Numbered from the stretch's first letter, positions 1-9,830 are shown. The stretch: 39,566 nucleotides of DNA from Planctomycetaceae bacterium (GCA_003509805.1 DOMV01000119.1:729-40294); one strand, 5' to 3'. Program-made: numbers and translations. The notes: generated by a model from the letters alone, not told the origin.

Positions 1-60
1 TTTCCGGTGGGCAGGCTCCTAAATCGTCGGCTTCGGGAAATGTCAATGGCTTTCAATATA
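1..60 (+). repeat. family B inverted-repeat element, 3' portion (cut by window start)
   Basis: TTTCCGGTGGGCAGGCTCCTAAATCGTCGGCTTCGGGAAATGTCAATGGCTTTCAATATA aligns with 10051-10111 and, in reverse complement, with 25639-25700. Confidence 0.75.
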
Positions 61-72
61 CCTGTGGGAAGT

Positions 73-129
73 CGTTTACACGGGAAGAATGCCGAAGAAT
101 TCCGCCGTATTTCAACCGCGTTCCGCATA
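73..129 (+). repeat. family B-related partial copy
   Basis: GTTTACACGG...CCGCCGTATTTCAACCGCGTTCCGCATA resembles the B internal GTTTAC box plus the B/short-form 3' end (compare ...AAATTTCAACGGCTTTCAGCATA at 9226-9248). Degenerate. Confidence 0.45.
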
Positions 130-392
130 CCGTGCATCGCATAAAAATAAGCCAAGGGGCCTTCCCGAGCGAGGTGTTTCCCGAGCACGGTGTTGAAAGC
201 CATGTTGACCGCGCAGGTTGACTCCGAAGCCAAGATTCCCATTTTTCGCGAAGAGCACTATTTTCCCCGCCCGGAACAAATTCCTCTTGTACCGCATTTG
301 CGTTTCGGGTACGATTGGCGACCCGATTCGTTTCACCGGATCACACGTTTTCCCTTACCGTGCAAGGTTACTAAAACAATTTCGACATCACG

Positions 393-857
393 TTGGATAT
401 CCCGCGATTTACACGGATTTGCAGTATCACACAACGTTCTCTCGTACCGGGAGAGGCGTTTTATTCGATGTTGTTCGACGAGGAACAACTCCGACGGGTT
501 GATTTTTGCGCCGAAGTCTGGATGAGTGAACGGGATAAACAAACTCAAAACCGAATCGGATGGTGGAAATCGCGTGTTCCCCCGCCGAATGAAAAAAAGC
601 TGAAACTCGCCCCGAACGATGTATTGCTCGCCCTGTTCGACCAATTGAGCGAACGGCTCGATCAGCCGGAATTGCGATACGTACTTACCTTGCTCCTGAT
701 ACGGAGACGTTTGTTTCGAATTGAAAAGGAACAGGACGGCACCTTGACCGTTTACTGCGGCAAACGGGACACGGTTTACGACATCCCCGCCGTTCTTCCC
801 GAGGGCGAAGAAATTGATGCGGTTCAAAACTATTTGTCCGAAATGCTTTACGCTTGA
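393..857 (+). CDS. hypothetical protein (154 aa as tracked)
   Basis: Long ORF in the track, compositionally like its neighbours. No family recognised. The tracked start at 393 is TTG and the first ATG is at 468, so the N-terminus is uncertain. Confidence 0.5.
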   Translation: MDIPRFTRICSITQRSLVPGEAFYSMLFDEEQLRRVDFCAEVWMSERDKQTQNRIGWWKSRVPPPNEKKLKLAPNDVLLALFDQLSERLDQPELRYVLTLLLIRRRLFRIEKEQDGTLTVYCGKRDTVYDIPAVLPEGEEIDAVQNYLSEMLYA

Positions 858-898
858 TCCACCGCCGGATTCACGAGACCATCCACGATCATTCGCAC

Positions 899-2026
899 AT
901 GTTCCATCCGCAACACTATCCGCAACACTTTCTTCGTCGCCCTCTCCGCCGAAAAACGCAACGGAGCCTCCGCCTTGCCGTCATGGTCGCCGTCTTCGCG
1001 ACGCTCCCCTTTCATTCGGGATGCCAATGGTTGAATCCCGGAAGAAAAACCGTGTTGCCGTCCATGTTTTCGACGACGCCGACGCTGGATCAACTGACTT
1101 CGGCGATTTATCGTAACAGCACGGCGATGCGGTCGCTTTCGGACCATGAGGCGACCCTCCGGATTCCCGATGTCATGATCCCACTTAAAGCCTCTATCCT
1201 GCTTGAACGTCCGAGACGGGTCCGTATCCGCGGCGAAGCCTCCGCCGTGACGGGAAAAGAGATTGACTTGGGAAGCAACGACGATCACTTTTGGATCTGG
1301 GCGAAACGGATCCCGGAACGACATGTCTATTATTGTCGCCACGATCAGTTCGTGAACTGTCCCGTTCGGCAAATGGTTCCGATCGACCCGGCATGGATCC
1401 TTGAGGCAATGGGCATGATCGACTTTCAGGCCGACGAAACCCACAACGGCCCTTTCCCGGTCGAGGGCGACAAACTGATGTTCGAAACGTTGCGTCCCAC
1501 CCCGGCCGGAACGGTTCGCAAACGGACCACGGTCGACCCGAAATCGGGCTGCATTCTCCGGCAGGAAATGTATTCTCCGAACGGAACTCTTGCCGCCGTT
1601 GCCGTTTCGAGCAATCATGAATACGACAGCGTGAGCGGCATTCTTTACGCCCGGCATGTTGAAGTCCAATGCCAGGGGGCGAGCGGAAGTATCAGTATCG
1701 ATCTGAAGCGCCCGAAGTTCAATCTTCCGATCAGTTCGAATGAATTCACGAAACCGAGTTTTCCGGGTTATACCGAGATCGACATTTGCAGTCCGCAGTT
1801 TATCAACATGCTCGGAACCGTCCCGCCGACGGCCTCCGTGACCTATCAACCGCCTGCGGCATCACCGTACCAAACACCGCACCAACCATCGGGTTCCAAT
1901 CCGACTGCGGATACCTACGCCCGGCAGAATGCGTACCAGCGGCAAACGGCGATTCCCTACCAGGGAACGAACGGCAACACGCCCGCCCCGATCATGGGCG
2001 CATCGACTCAACTAACGGTACGATAA
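899..2026 (+). CDS. putative secreted lipoprotein with P/Q/T-rich C-terminal tail
   Basis: ORF 854..2026. The ATG at 899 gives a basic N-terminus, the hydrophobic stretch LAVMVAVFATLPF and a lipobox-like FHSGC. The C-terminus is low-complexity PQ-rich. Family not recognised and start uncertain (854 TTG, 899 ATG or 983 ATG). Confidence 0.6.
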   Translation: MFHPQHYPQHFLRRPLRRKTQRSLRLAVMVAVFATLPFHSGCQWLNPGRKTVLPSMFSTTPTLDQLTSAIYRNSTAMRSLSDHEATLRIPDVMIPLKASILLERPRRVRIRGEASAVTGKEIDLGSNDDHFWIWAKRIPERHVYYCRHDQFVNCPVRQMVPIDPAWILEAMGMIDFQADETHNGPFPVEGDKLMFETLRPTPAGTVRKRTTVDPKSGCILRQEMYSPNGTLAAVAVSSNHEYDSVSGILYARHVEVQCQGASGSISIDLKRPKFNLPISSNEFTKPSFPGYTEIDICSPQFINMLGTVPPTASVTYQPPAASPYQTPHQPSGSNPTADTYARQNAYQRQTAIPYQGTNGNTPAPIMGASTQLTVR

Positions 2027-2159
2027 AGACATCCGACCGAAGAGCGGGAATCGCGATTCGACGTTGATTCCTGTCAACGATGATGCGCGGGCGACTGCCG
2101 AGTCCACACGGCTGGGAGGTCTGCGGCGGACACCGACAACCGCACGGGCGTCGGCTGCG

Positions 2160-4037
2160 TCATGCAGAATAACGCCGCCAATCCTTCAATTGCAATTCGA
2201 CGGCGTTGTTGAATTTACTTCGACCGATATGGAATACGGCGTCGATGGCCTGACCGGCATCGGCTATTTCACGCAATTCGGGAAGCCAATCGGCCGACTG
2301 AAAAGCGAAAGCGCGTTTGACGACGTTATCCTGACGCAATTCCATGCAGATATGATGTTCGCCGACCCCCATGAATCGCGGATTGGTCGGAAACAGCCGG
2401 CTCGCACAGAACAACGGCTTGGGATTCCCGGCCCCGAACGGGGCGAGATGTTCGACCAGGTCGGCAAAACCGCTCGTTTTTTCGTCAAGTAATCCGAAGG
2501 GACATTCCGCATCGATCATCAATTGGCCGGAAACGTCTTCGTGAGACACGTTGGAACGAACATATTCGCAAAACGCTTTCCGGAACGCTCCGATATTCCG
2601 ACTTTCAATCCGGAGCCCCGCCGCGGCGGCGTGTCCACCGAACCGCACGAGGTATTCCGAACAGGTTTCTAGGGCGTCGACAAGATTGATCCCCCGGGCT
2701 CCTCGGCCGGAACCGCTTCCGGGCTTGAGATTCATGGTATCCTCGGCAATGAGGATGCAGGGACGATGAAAACGTTCGGCAAGCCGTCCGGCCACGATCC
2801 CGATGACGCCGGGATGCCAGCCGGAATCGGACAACACCAGCGCCGGATCGCCGGAAAACCGCTCTTCGACCTGCCGGGTCGCCTGGATCAAAATACTGCG
2901 CTCTATCGATTGCCGGGTTTCGTTGTATTCGCGTACTTCCGCTGCCAGGGAAGCCGCTTCGCCGGGATCATCGCTCAAAAGGAGCCGGACTCCGCGGTCC
3001 GCTTTGTTCAACCGACCGGCGGCATTGAGAAGCGGTCCGAGCGAAAAACCGAGGTCTTCCGCGGAAAGACGGCGTTTTCGGGCATCGAGTTGAGCGGTTT
3101 TCATCAGCGCCTCCAACCCGGGTACGGGGAATCGCACGAGCGAAACATGGAGACCGAAACGCACGAGGGCCCTGTTTTCATCGAGAAGCGGAACCACGTC
3201 GGCCACCGTCCCGATCGCCGCAAGTCCGACCGCCCGGCAGAGCAAGGTTCGGTAGCCTTCGGAAACCTTCTCGCCGACCGGATCTCCGCCCGGCATCAAT
3301 GTCCCGAGTCGCCAAGCGACTTTGAATGCCACGCCTGCGCCGCTGAGACCGAGAAAGGGATAGCGTTTTTCTTCGGAAAACGTTTTTCGTTCTTCTTCGG
3401 AAATTCCATAAGGAGAGGACCAACGATCGTTTCCCGTGGCGTCGATCGCGGAACGTTTGACCAACTGGGGATGAACGATCGGCACTTCCGGCAGTTCCCG
3501 AGCGACCGTATGGTGGTCGGTAATCAGGAGTTCGACCCCCAATTCGGTCGCAAGACGCGCCTCGTCGCAACTGTTGATGCCACAATCGACTGTGATGATG
3601 ACCTGTGTCCCGTTGCCCGCAAGCGCCCGGATCGCCTCCGCGTTCAGGCCGTAGCCTTCCTCCATTCGATCGGGAACGTAGAAATCGACCGTACCGCCGA
3701 AAAAACGAATCGCCCGGCACAAAATCGCCGTCGCCGTCATGCCGTCGGCATCGTAATCGCCGTAAACGACAATCTTCCGCTTTTCGAGAATGGCCCGGGA
3801 AAGCCGATCGGCGACCTCAACGCATCCCGGTAACAAAGAGGGAGACCGCAACATGTTGAGCGACGGAGGTTGACCGATTCTCTCACCGAAAAACCGGACC
3901 ATCTCCTCGGGCGTACCGATTTCCCGGGCGAGAAGCAACTGCGCAAGAACTGCATGAACCTTCGCGCTTTTGGCCAGCGAAAGTATCCGATCGCGATCAA
4001 AAGGACGGAAAAGCCATGATTTTGCCGTATGGGACAT
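2160..4037 (-). CDS. recJ: single-stranded-DNA-specific exonuclease RecJ
   Basis: 625-aa ORF with DHH-family motifs (VVYGDYDADGMTATAIL, ITVDCG, LITDHHTV) and a DHHA1-type GGHAAAAG motif. Length is typical of RecJ. Confidence 0.95.
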   Translation of the reverse strand: MSHTAKSWLFRPFDRDRILSLAKSAKVHAVLAQLLLAREIGTPEEMVRFFGERIGQPPSLNMLRSPSLLPGCVEVADRLSRAILEKRKIVVYGDYDADGMTATAILCRAIRFFGGTVDFYVPDRMEEGYGLNAEAIRALAGNGTQVIITVDCGINSCDEARLATELGVELLITDHHTVARELPEVPIVHPQLVKRSAIDATGNDRWSSPYGISEEERKTFSEEKRYPFLGLSGAGVAFKVAWRLGTLMPGGDPVGEKVSEGYRTLLCRAVGLAAIGTVADVVPLLDENRALVRFGLHVSLVRFPVPGLEALMKTAQLDARKRRLSAEDLGFSLGPLLNAAGRLNKADRGVRLLLSDDPGEAASLAAEVREYNETRQSIERSILIQATRQVEERFSGDPALVLSDSGWHPGVIGIVAGRLAERFHRPCILIAEDTMNLKPGSGSGRGARGINLVDALETCSEYLVRFGGHAAAAGLRIESRNIGAFRKAFCEYVRSNVSHEDVSGQLMIDAECPFGLLDEKTSGFADLVEHLAPFGAGNPKPLFCASRLFPTNPRFMGVGEHHICMELRQDNVVKRAFAFQSADWLPELREIADAGQAIDAVFHIGRSKFNNAVELQLKDWRRYSA

Positions 4038-4054
4038 CGGGGGATAATCCCGGA

Positions 4055-4225
4055 TTATTTCTTCTTCTCGTTATGTACCGTGTGCTTGCGCAAACGAGGG
4101 CAGAATTTGGATAATTTGAGTTTTTCACCACCCGGTTTGCGGCGAACGGCATAATTATAATCGCCGCACTCTTCGCAAACCAAGAAAACCGTCTCCGCCT
4201 TTTTTTTGCTCTTTTTGCTTGCCAT
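4055..4225 (-). CDS. rpmG: 50S ribosomal protein L33
   Basis: Below the ORF-track length cutoff. My own reverse-strand translation is [56 protein letters not shown] (56 aa), which aligns with bacterial L33 (C-x2-C ... KLxLxKxCPxxRKHTxH). It ends 17 nt upstream of the recJ start. Confidence 0.9.
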   Translation of the reverse strand: MASKKSKKKAETVFLVCEECGDYNYAVRRKPGGEKLKLSKFCPRLRKHTVHNEKKK

Positions 4226-4296
4226 TGAGAAACTCCTGCTTCAACCGGTCGGTCACTTAAAGCTCCGACCGCCCGACCTTCGTTGCAACCTGTTTG

Positions 4297-4316
4297 TTTC
4301 CAGAGACTTCTGGAAA
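4297..4316. other. perfect 8-bp palindrome TTTCCAGA-GACT-TCTGGAAA in the rpmG upstream region
   Basis: Read directly from the sequence, about 75 nt upstream of the rpmG ATG on the minus strand. Function unknown. Confidence 0.5.
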
Positions 4317-4527
4317 GGTTACGTAAAAATCGCTTTTTTCAACAATTCCCGGATAAATAACTGGAAATCCACGGTCCCCCCCATTATAATAGGAAGCGTT
4401 ACCGAGAGGAACCGGGACCCCGAATTTATTTTTCGGGGCCCTGCCCGGCTTGGTTCGACTCGACGTGGTTGCTCGACTGCGTTGATCGGCTGCGTTTTCC
4501 CCATCACTTCGCAACAGGAGCCTGTTC

Positions 4528-6087
4528 ATGTCCGATCCCACCCTTCCAGTCGACGATGTCCGCTTGGATGCCTCCATTCCCGTTGCGGAAGATGTGGATC
4601 ATTACGACCCCGTCCTGGAGAACATTCGAAGTCAAACGCCGATCAAAGATTTGATTCGTTCCGTTCCGGGCGTTTTTGTCAGTATTGCCGTCCACCTGCT
4701 TATCATCCTGGTTTTGGGGGCGGTCTATCTACCTCAAGTGATCGATTTCCAGCAGCAAATCGAATCGGGCATGGAGGAACTGGAAGAAGTCGAAGATTTG
4801 GATGAATTGTTCGAGCAGGACGAGGTCAAGGAAATCGACCTGAGCGAGATGAATGATGTAACCGATTTTACGGAAGACATCGTTTCCGATACGCCGGATG
4901 TCGATTTTTCCGAGGCCCCTCCGCAACTGGAAGTCGCGACGGTCACGGTCGGTGATCCGACGATGTTCGAGAGCCTGATTTCCAAACCGGGCGCGAAGAC
5001 AGGCGATTTGGACGGTCGAAAAAACCGGGGCGACAATGTCGCCCGCTACGGCGGCAACGAACACAGCGAAAGAGCGGTCGCCGCGGCATTGGCCTGGCTC
5101 GCCGCCCATCAACTTCCGGACGGTTCCTGGTGCTACAATCATGCGATCGCTCCGGATTGTCGTGGACAATGCCGTAACCCCTCCGACAGACCGGATATCA
5201 TCGCGGCACGCAACTCGGCGACAGCGATGGCCGTCCTGCCCTTTCTGGGAGCGGGAATCACTCCGAAAGCCGGCGAAAAATACCGCCCCGTCGTTCGGGA
5301 CGGCATCAATTTTCTGAAAAACAACGCCATTCGCTCCAAAGAAGGTATTCGTTTTTATGAACAGAACGTCAATTCCTACCAGATGTACCACCAGGGCATT
5401 TGCTCCATTACTGTCTGCGAAGCGGCTGCCATGACCCGCGACAAAGAACTGGAAGACTTGGCCCAAGGCGCCATCCGTTTCATTTGTTATGCCCAACACG
5501 AGCAGGGAGGTTGGCGTTACGCACCGAAACAAGCCGGCGACACTTCCGCTTTCGGCTGGGTGTTCATGGCGCTGAAAAGCGGTCAAATGGCCTACCTGCA
5601 AGTGCCGCCGGTCACGGTCAAAAAGGCGAAATCGTTTTTGGACACCGTTGTCGGGTACGAAGGGGGCGCCCGGTACGGATATGACAGGAACAACGGCGGT
5701 TCGGCGGCCGTAACGGCGATCGGTTTGCTTTCCCAGATGTACATGGGCTGGAAAGCCGACAACTCCTCACTCCAGAAAGGCGCGGATTTCCTCTCGGCGA
5801 CCGGTCCCCGAGCAAACGACCTTTACTACTGCTACTACGCCACACAGGTTTTGCACCATCTCGGCGGGGAACGCTGGGAAAAATGGAACCGGGCGATGCG
5901 GGACGCCCTCGTCAAATCGCAGGCGACGGAAGGCCATGAAAAAGGGAGCTGGGTCGACGGCGGCCACGCGACCGTCGGCGGACGCATCGTCGGCACTTCT
6001 TTCGGGGCAATGATTCTCGAAGTGTACTACCGCCATTTACCGATCTACACCAAATCGACCACGGCAAGCGAATTTCCGCTGGACTGA
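4528..6087 (+). CDS. membrane-anchored prenyltransferase/squalene-oxidase-repeat (terpenoid-cyclase-fold) protein
   Basis: 519-aa ORF with a GGAG-like RBS before the ATG. It has an acidic N-terminal region with one TM helix (VFVSIAVHLLIILVLGAVYL). After that come repeats of the type AVAAALAWLAAHQLPDGSWCY / EQGGWRY, typical of this repeat family in planctomycete-like genomes. Confidence 0.75.
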   Translation: MSDPTLPVDDVRLDASIPVAEDVDHYDPVLENIRSQTPIKDLIRSVPGVFVSIAVHLLIILVLGAVYLPQVIDFQQQIESGMEELEEVEDLDELFEQDEVKEIDLSEMNDVTDFTEDIVSDTPDVDFSEAPPQLEVATVTVGDPTMFESLISKPGAKTGDLDGRKNRGDNVARYGGNEHSERAVAAALAWLAAHQLPDGSWCYNHAIAPDCRGQCRNPSDRPDIIAARNSATAMAVLPFLGAGITPKAGEKYRPVVRDGINFLKNNAIRSKEGIRFYEQNVNSYQMYHQGICSITVCEAAAMTRDKELEDLAQGAIRFICYAQHEQGGWRYAPKQAGDTSAFGWVFMALKSGQMAYLQVPPVTVKKAKSFLDTVVGYEGGARYGYDRNNGGSAAVTAIGLLSQMYMGWKADNSSLQKGADFLSATGPRANDLYYCYYATQVLHHLGGERWEKWNRAMRDALVKSQATEGHEKGSWVDGGHATVGGRIVGTSFGAMILEVYYRHLPIYTKSTTASEFPLD

Positions 6088-6091
6088 CAAT

Positions 6092-6136
6092 GTCGTCGAT
6101 GGCACGTCGTCGATGGCATGTCGTCGTCGATGGCAC
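6092..6136. repeat. 14-nt tandem repeat x3 (GTCGTCGATGGCAY) in convergent intergenic spacer
   Basis: GTCGTCGATGGCAC GTCGTCGATGGCAT GTCGTCGTCGATGGCAC, between the stop at 6087 (+) and the trpD stop at 6138 (-). Confidence 0.85.
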
Positions 6137-6137
6137 G

Positions 6138-7184
6138 TTATCGACGTGAAAAGGCGATCATGCTTTCGAGTTTTTCGAGCGCGAAGCCCGATTTGATGGA
6201 GTGTCGGGCCATCGCCACGCCTTCACGCCAATCGGCCGCTTTTCCCGCCGCGACGATTGCCGCCGCCGCATTGAGAAGCACGATATTCCGGGCCGGGCCG
6301 CCGATGGAACCGTCGAGAATGCCACGAAGCAATGTTGCGTTTTCCTGGGGGCCGCCGCCGCGAAGATCCTCGGGCTCCGCCTTCTTTTCACCGGGAAAAT
6401 ACACCTCGGGCCGGAGATTATAGGTGCGAATCTCATCATTGCGGAGTTCCGTAATCCTGGTCGGAGCCGTGACGGTGATCTCATCCATGCCGTCGTGACC
6501 GTAAACGACCATCGCCGAGGTGACACCGAGCGTACGCAACGCCCTGGCAAACATTTCCGTCAGTTCACCGGCAAAAACGCCGACGATCATACAGTCGGCA
6601 CCCGCGGGATTGACAAGCGGTCCGAGCATGTTGAAAATCGTCCTGATTCCGAGCCGGCGCCGCAACGCATAGGTCCGTTGAAATGCGGTATGAAATTTCG
6701 GGGCACACATGAAACCGATTCCGACGGCCGCGATGCATTCCTCGACGACTTTCGGCTCGGCATCGAGATTGAACCCGCAGGCGGCAAGCACATCGGCGCT
6801 TCCGCATTGGCCGCCGATGGTGACATTGCCATGCTTGGCGACCACGCAACCGGCCCCCGCGACAACAAAAGACGCCGTCGTCGAAATATTGAAGGTGTGG
6901 TACGTGCCGCCGCCGGTTCCGCAAAGATCGACGACGGGGGAATCGGCGACATGAATTTTCGCCGCCTGAGCCCGGAGCGCCTTGGCTGCACCGGCCAGTT
7001 CCTCGAACGTCTCCCCTTTCACGGCCAAACCGGCCAACAAACCGGCAACGAGTGTCTCCGGAGTCGTTTCACTGATCGTTTGCTGAAACAGTACGTATGA
7101 TTCCGCTTCAGTCAGATTCTTGCGGCGAACAATCTTGACGAGCGCCTCGGTGAAAACGTCGTGGACGGTGGGGGATATCGACAT
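6138..7184 (-). CDS. trpD: anthranilate phosphoribosyltransferase
   Basis: TrpD signatures DLCGTGGGTYHTFNISTTASFVVAGAG, KHGN and GPLVNP. The tracked ORF extends to 7226 (GTG), but that extension runs into a repeat element. The ATG at 7184 (MSISPTV...) is preferred. Confidence 0.92.
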   Translation of the reverse strand: MSISPTVHDVFTEALVKIVRRKNLTEAESYVLFQQTISETTPETLVAGLLAGLAVKGETFEELAGAAKALRAQAAKIHVADSPVVDLCGTGGGTYHTFNISTTASFVVAGAGCVVAKHGNVTIGGQCGSADVLAACGFNLDAEPKVVEECIAAVGIGFMCAPKFHTAFQRTYALRRRLGIRTIFNMLGPLVNPAGADCMIVGVFAGELTEMFARALRTLGVTSAMVVYGHDGMDEITVTAPTRITELRNDEIRTYNLRPEVYFPGEKKAEPEDLRGGGPQENATLLRGILDGSIGGPARNIVLLNAAAAIVAAGKAADWREGVAMARHSIKSGFALEKLESMIAFSRR

Positions 7185-7214
7185 GAATTCGCTCGGTTGG
7201 CTGAAACCGGAAAA

Positions 7215-7295
7215 TGTACCGGACACGACGGAAACGAGCTCCCCGAAAACCGGCTTCGGAATGAACTTCGCCGTACCCCAACACCCTCCAGTATA
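7215..7295 (+). repeat. short-form element (81 nt) with A-like left end and B-like right end
   Basis: TGTACCGGACACGACGGAAACGAGCTCCCCGAAAACCGGCTTCGGAATGAAC...CACCCTCCAGTATA. It aligns closely with the 9188-9248 copy. It lies between the yggS stop and the trpD start. Confidence 0.7.
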
Positions 7296-7355
7296 ACAGA
7301 TTTGTGAGACGGAAGAAATGGTTCGCCAAAAAAACGGGCGAGGCCGCAGGCGCCT

Positions 7356-8066
7356 CTAAACATAGAGAACCGATCCGAGACGTAGAAGGGTCGCCCCCTC
7401 TTCCACCGCGATTTCAAAATCATCGCTCATTCCCATCGACAGTTCACGCATCGCAACCGTATCCGACTCCGGGATCAAGGCGGCAAGGCGGCGAATCGCC
7501 GCGAACTCGGCCCGAACCTGGTCCGGATCGGAATACAGCCCGCCCATTCCCATCAGGCCGTCGATTTTCAGATGGCGCAAATTCCGCAACGGCTCAATCA
7601 CTTTTCCAATCGCGTCCGGCATAAAGCCGTGCTTCGTAACATCTCCGGAGATATTGACTTCCAATAATCCGTGCACTGTTTCGATCCGCTCTTCTTCGGC
7701 AATGCGATCGATTGCTTCGGCAAGCGAAAGGGAATCGATCGAATGGATCAACGCAATACGGGGCAGGATTTTCCGGATTTTGTTTTTTTGCAGTGATCCG
7801 ATCAGATGCCAGCAAACCTCATCGGGATGCGAGCGATCGAATAAACGCGATTTCTCCAGAAGAGCCTGCGGCCTGCTTTCACCGAGATCCCGGCAACCGG
7901 CGGCAAGCAAGGCTTCAATCATTCCGTCCGCGGGAATCGCGTATTTCGTGACGGCAACCAACCGAACCGACTCCGGCAAACGCCCGGCACGAACGGCGGC
8001 CACATCGATTCGTCCCCGAACTTCCGCCAAACGCCGGGCAACCTGTTCCTGGAGATGGTTTACCAT
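7356..8066 (-). CDS. yggS: YggS-family pyridoxal-phosphate homeostasis protein
   Basis: 236 aa with an alanine-racemase-N-like fold. Motifs: RLVAVTKY (PLP lysine), WHLIGSLQKNK, LSMGMSDDFEIAVEEGAT. Confidence 0.9.
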   Translation of the reverse strand: MVNHLQEQVARRLAEVRGRIDVAAVRAGRLPESVRLVAVTKYAIPADGMIEALLAAGCRDLGESRPQALLEKSRLFDRSHPDEVCWHLIGSLQKNKIRKILPRIALIHSIDSLSLAEAIDRIAEEERIETVHGLLEVNISGDVTKHGFMPDAIGKVIEPLRNLRHLKIDGLMGMGGLYSDPDQVRAEFAAIRRLAALIPESDTVAMRELSMGMSDDFEIAVEEGATLLRLGSVLYV

Positions 8067-8069
8067 TTT

Positions 8070-9176
8070 TCAAAAACCGACCGGATTCGCAATGAATTCC
8101 TCGATCCGGTCAACGCAGCGATCGGTTTGTTCGTCGGTTCCGACGCTGATCCGCAGGCCGTCCCCCCAACCGGGGTAATCCATGTATCGAACAAGAATAC
8201 CATTATTTTTCAAATACTCGTAGATCGGCCTGAGCGGAACTTCCGGGTGCGTATTCCAGGTAAAATTCGCATGGGATTCGGGAACGCTGAAGCCGAGGGC
8301 GCGCATCCGTCGCGTCAGCCGTTCACGGGTCGCGAGAATCGCCGTCCGGTTTCGGGCAAGCCACTCGACATCCGCGATGGCTGCCGTCGCCGCCGCGATC
8401 GAGAGCGAATCGCAGTTGTAGGAATCCTTGACCTTCAGCATCTGCTCGATCAACTCCGGTTGCGCAACCACATACCCGAAACGCAGCCCGGCCAGCGAAT
8501 GCGATTTGCTGAGCGTCCGGCAAACCATGATCTTCGGGCTTTTCTTAACCAGATCGAGACAATTGAATTCGGAAAAAGTCGCATACGCTTCATCGACGAC
8601 GAGCGGACACGGAAGCGATTCGGCAATTTCCAGAATCTCCTCGCGGGAAATCACGGTTCCCGAAGGTGAATTCGGGTTGGGCAAAAAGACGAGACGAAGC
8701 CGGTTACCGGCCCGGAGCGCCGCGGAATCATCCGGATCGTTGTGAAATTCGACACGAAAACGGTGCGGAAGCGTCCAGTCGTCGTTGAATCGAACTTCTT
8801 CGCTTCGCGCCCCTTGGATTTCGGCAAGCGATCTGTAGAGAATATAACTGGGGCTCGGCAACCGCAACAATTCACCGTGCCCCACGAACGTCCGTGTCAG
8901 AATCGTCAAAATATCGTCGCTGCCGTTCCCGCACAGAATCCAATTCGGACTTACCCCGAACTGCCTGGCCGCTTCCTCACGAAAAGCGCCGGCAACCGGA
9001 TCGGGATAACGCGAAAGCCCCTTGGTACAGACTGCGCATATCGTCTCGTAAACCGATTCGCTTGCCCTGTAAGGGTTTTCGTTCGTGTTGAGCTTGACCG
9101 CTTCGCCTTCCTGCGGCTGCTCACCCGGAACATACCCCTTCATCGACACGACTTCGGGCCGAATATGTCGCTTCAT
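8070..9176 (-). CDS. hisC: histidinol-phosphate aminotransferase
   Basis: 368 aa class-II aminotransferase. Motifs: LNTNENP, YPDP, PNPNSPSG, RTLSKSHSLAGLRFGY (PLP lysine). Confidence 0.93.
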   Translation of the reverse strand: MKRHIRPEVVSMKGYVPGEQPQEGEAVKLNTNENPYRASESVYETICAVCTKGLSRYPDPVAGAFREEAARQFGVSPNWILCGNGSDDILTILTRTFVGHGELLRLPSPSYILYRSLAEIQGARSEEVRFNDDWTLPHRFRVEFHNDPDDSAALRAGNRLRLVFLPNPNSPSGTVISREEILEIAESLPCPLVVDEAYATFSEFNCLDLVKKSPKIMVCRTLSKSHSLAGLRFGYVVAQPELIEQMLKVKDSYNCDSLSIAAATAAIADVEWLARNRTAILATRERLTRRMRALGFSVPESHANFTWNTHPEVPLRPIYEYLKNNGILVRYMDYPGWGDGLRISVGTDEQTDRCVDRIEEFIANPVGF

Positions 9177-9187
9177 GGCTCCACGAT

Positions 9188-9248
9188 TGTAACGGAAAAC
9201 AGGTTCCCGAAAAACCGGCCTCGGGAAATTTCAACGGCTTTCAGCATA
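9188..9248 (+). repeat. short-form element (61 nt)
   Basis: TGTAACGGAAAACAGGTTCCCGAAAAACCGGCCTCGGGAAATTTCAACGGCTTTCAGCATA. It contains a CCCGA/TCGGG hairpin and shares its 3' end with family B. It lies between the cheY-like stop and the hisC start. Confidence 0.7.
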
Positions 9249-9252
9249 CCGA

Positions 9253-9609
9253 TCAGCAGCCGTGTTTTTCCAATTTTTCACGAAGCGTATCCGGCGTAAA
9301 GGGTTTGACAAGATAATCCGTGACTCCGGCCTGAATCGCCTCAAGTACGCGGGATTTCTCGGCTTCGGTCGTCACCATGATAATCGGAATATTTTTGTCC
9401 TGCTCCCTGATTGCTTTGAGGACTTCCAAGCCAGTCATTCCGGGCATGTTCCAGTCGGTGAGAACCATATCGTATTTACCGGGAGCGAAAAGCGAAACCG
9501 CTTCGGCACCATCGCATGCCTCGGCCGTATCCGTAACGCCGACCGCCTGGAGCGAACGGAGGATAATCTTGCGCATCGTACTGGAATCGTCGGCAACGAG
9601 AACTCGCAT
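9253..9609 (-). CDS. single-domain CheY-like response regulator
   Basis: 118 aa. MRVLVADDS..., TDWNMPGMTGLE (phospho-acceptor Asp) and LVKPF. There is no output domain. Confidence 0.9.
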   Translation of the reverse strand: MRVLVADDSSTMRKIILRSLQAVGVTDTAEACDGAEAVSLFAPGKYDMVLTDWNMPGMTGLEVLKAIREQDKNIPIIMVTTEAEKSRVLEAIQAGVTDYLVKPFTPDTLREKLEKHGC

Positions 9610-9680
9610 GGTATTTACCTCACAAAATCGGGGTTGATATGCTCAATAGGGCCGAAACTTCCCGAAGTTCGTCCGGCCGA

Positions 9681-9830
9681 TATACTGGAAACGCGATGAA
9701 AACGGACATTTGGTCAAGCCTGCTTGCCGCACTCACTCGCCATAACGTAACGGTAAATAACAGGTTACACGTTGCGTTCGAGCGGCAAACGATTGTTCGC
9801 GGGAGCATTTTCGGGCCGTTCGAAGGATAC
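9681..9830 (-). repeat. family A inverted-repeat element, full copy (A1)
   Basis: Begins TATACTGGAAACGCGATGAAAACGGACAT. Inner inverted repeat is TTGCCGC...GCGGCAA. Ends ...GGCCGTTCGAAGGATAC. The reverse complement aligns end-to-end with 27892-28040. Strand is given relative to a consensus ending ...GCGTTTCCAGTATA. Confidence 0.85.

Noticed and set aside
4199-4208. A possible frameshift in rpmG at the homopolymer run near its 5' end.
   Set aside because: On recounting, the run is 8 T (A8 on the coding strand). The ATG at 4225 is in frame with the TAA at 4055-4057 (171 nt), so the gene is intact.
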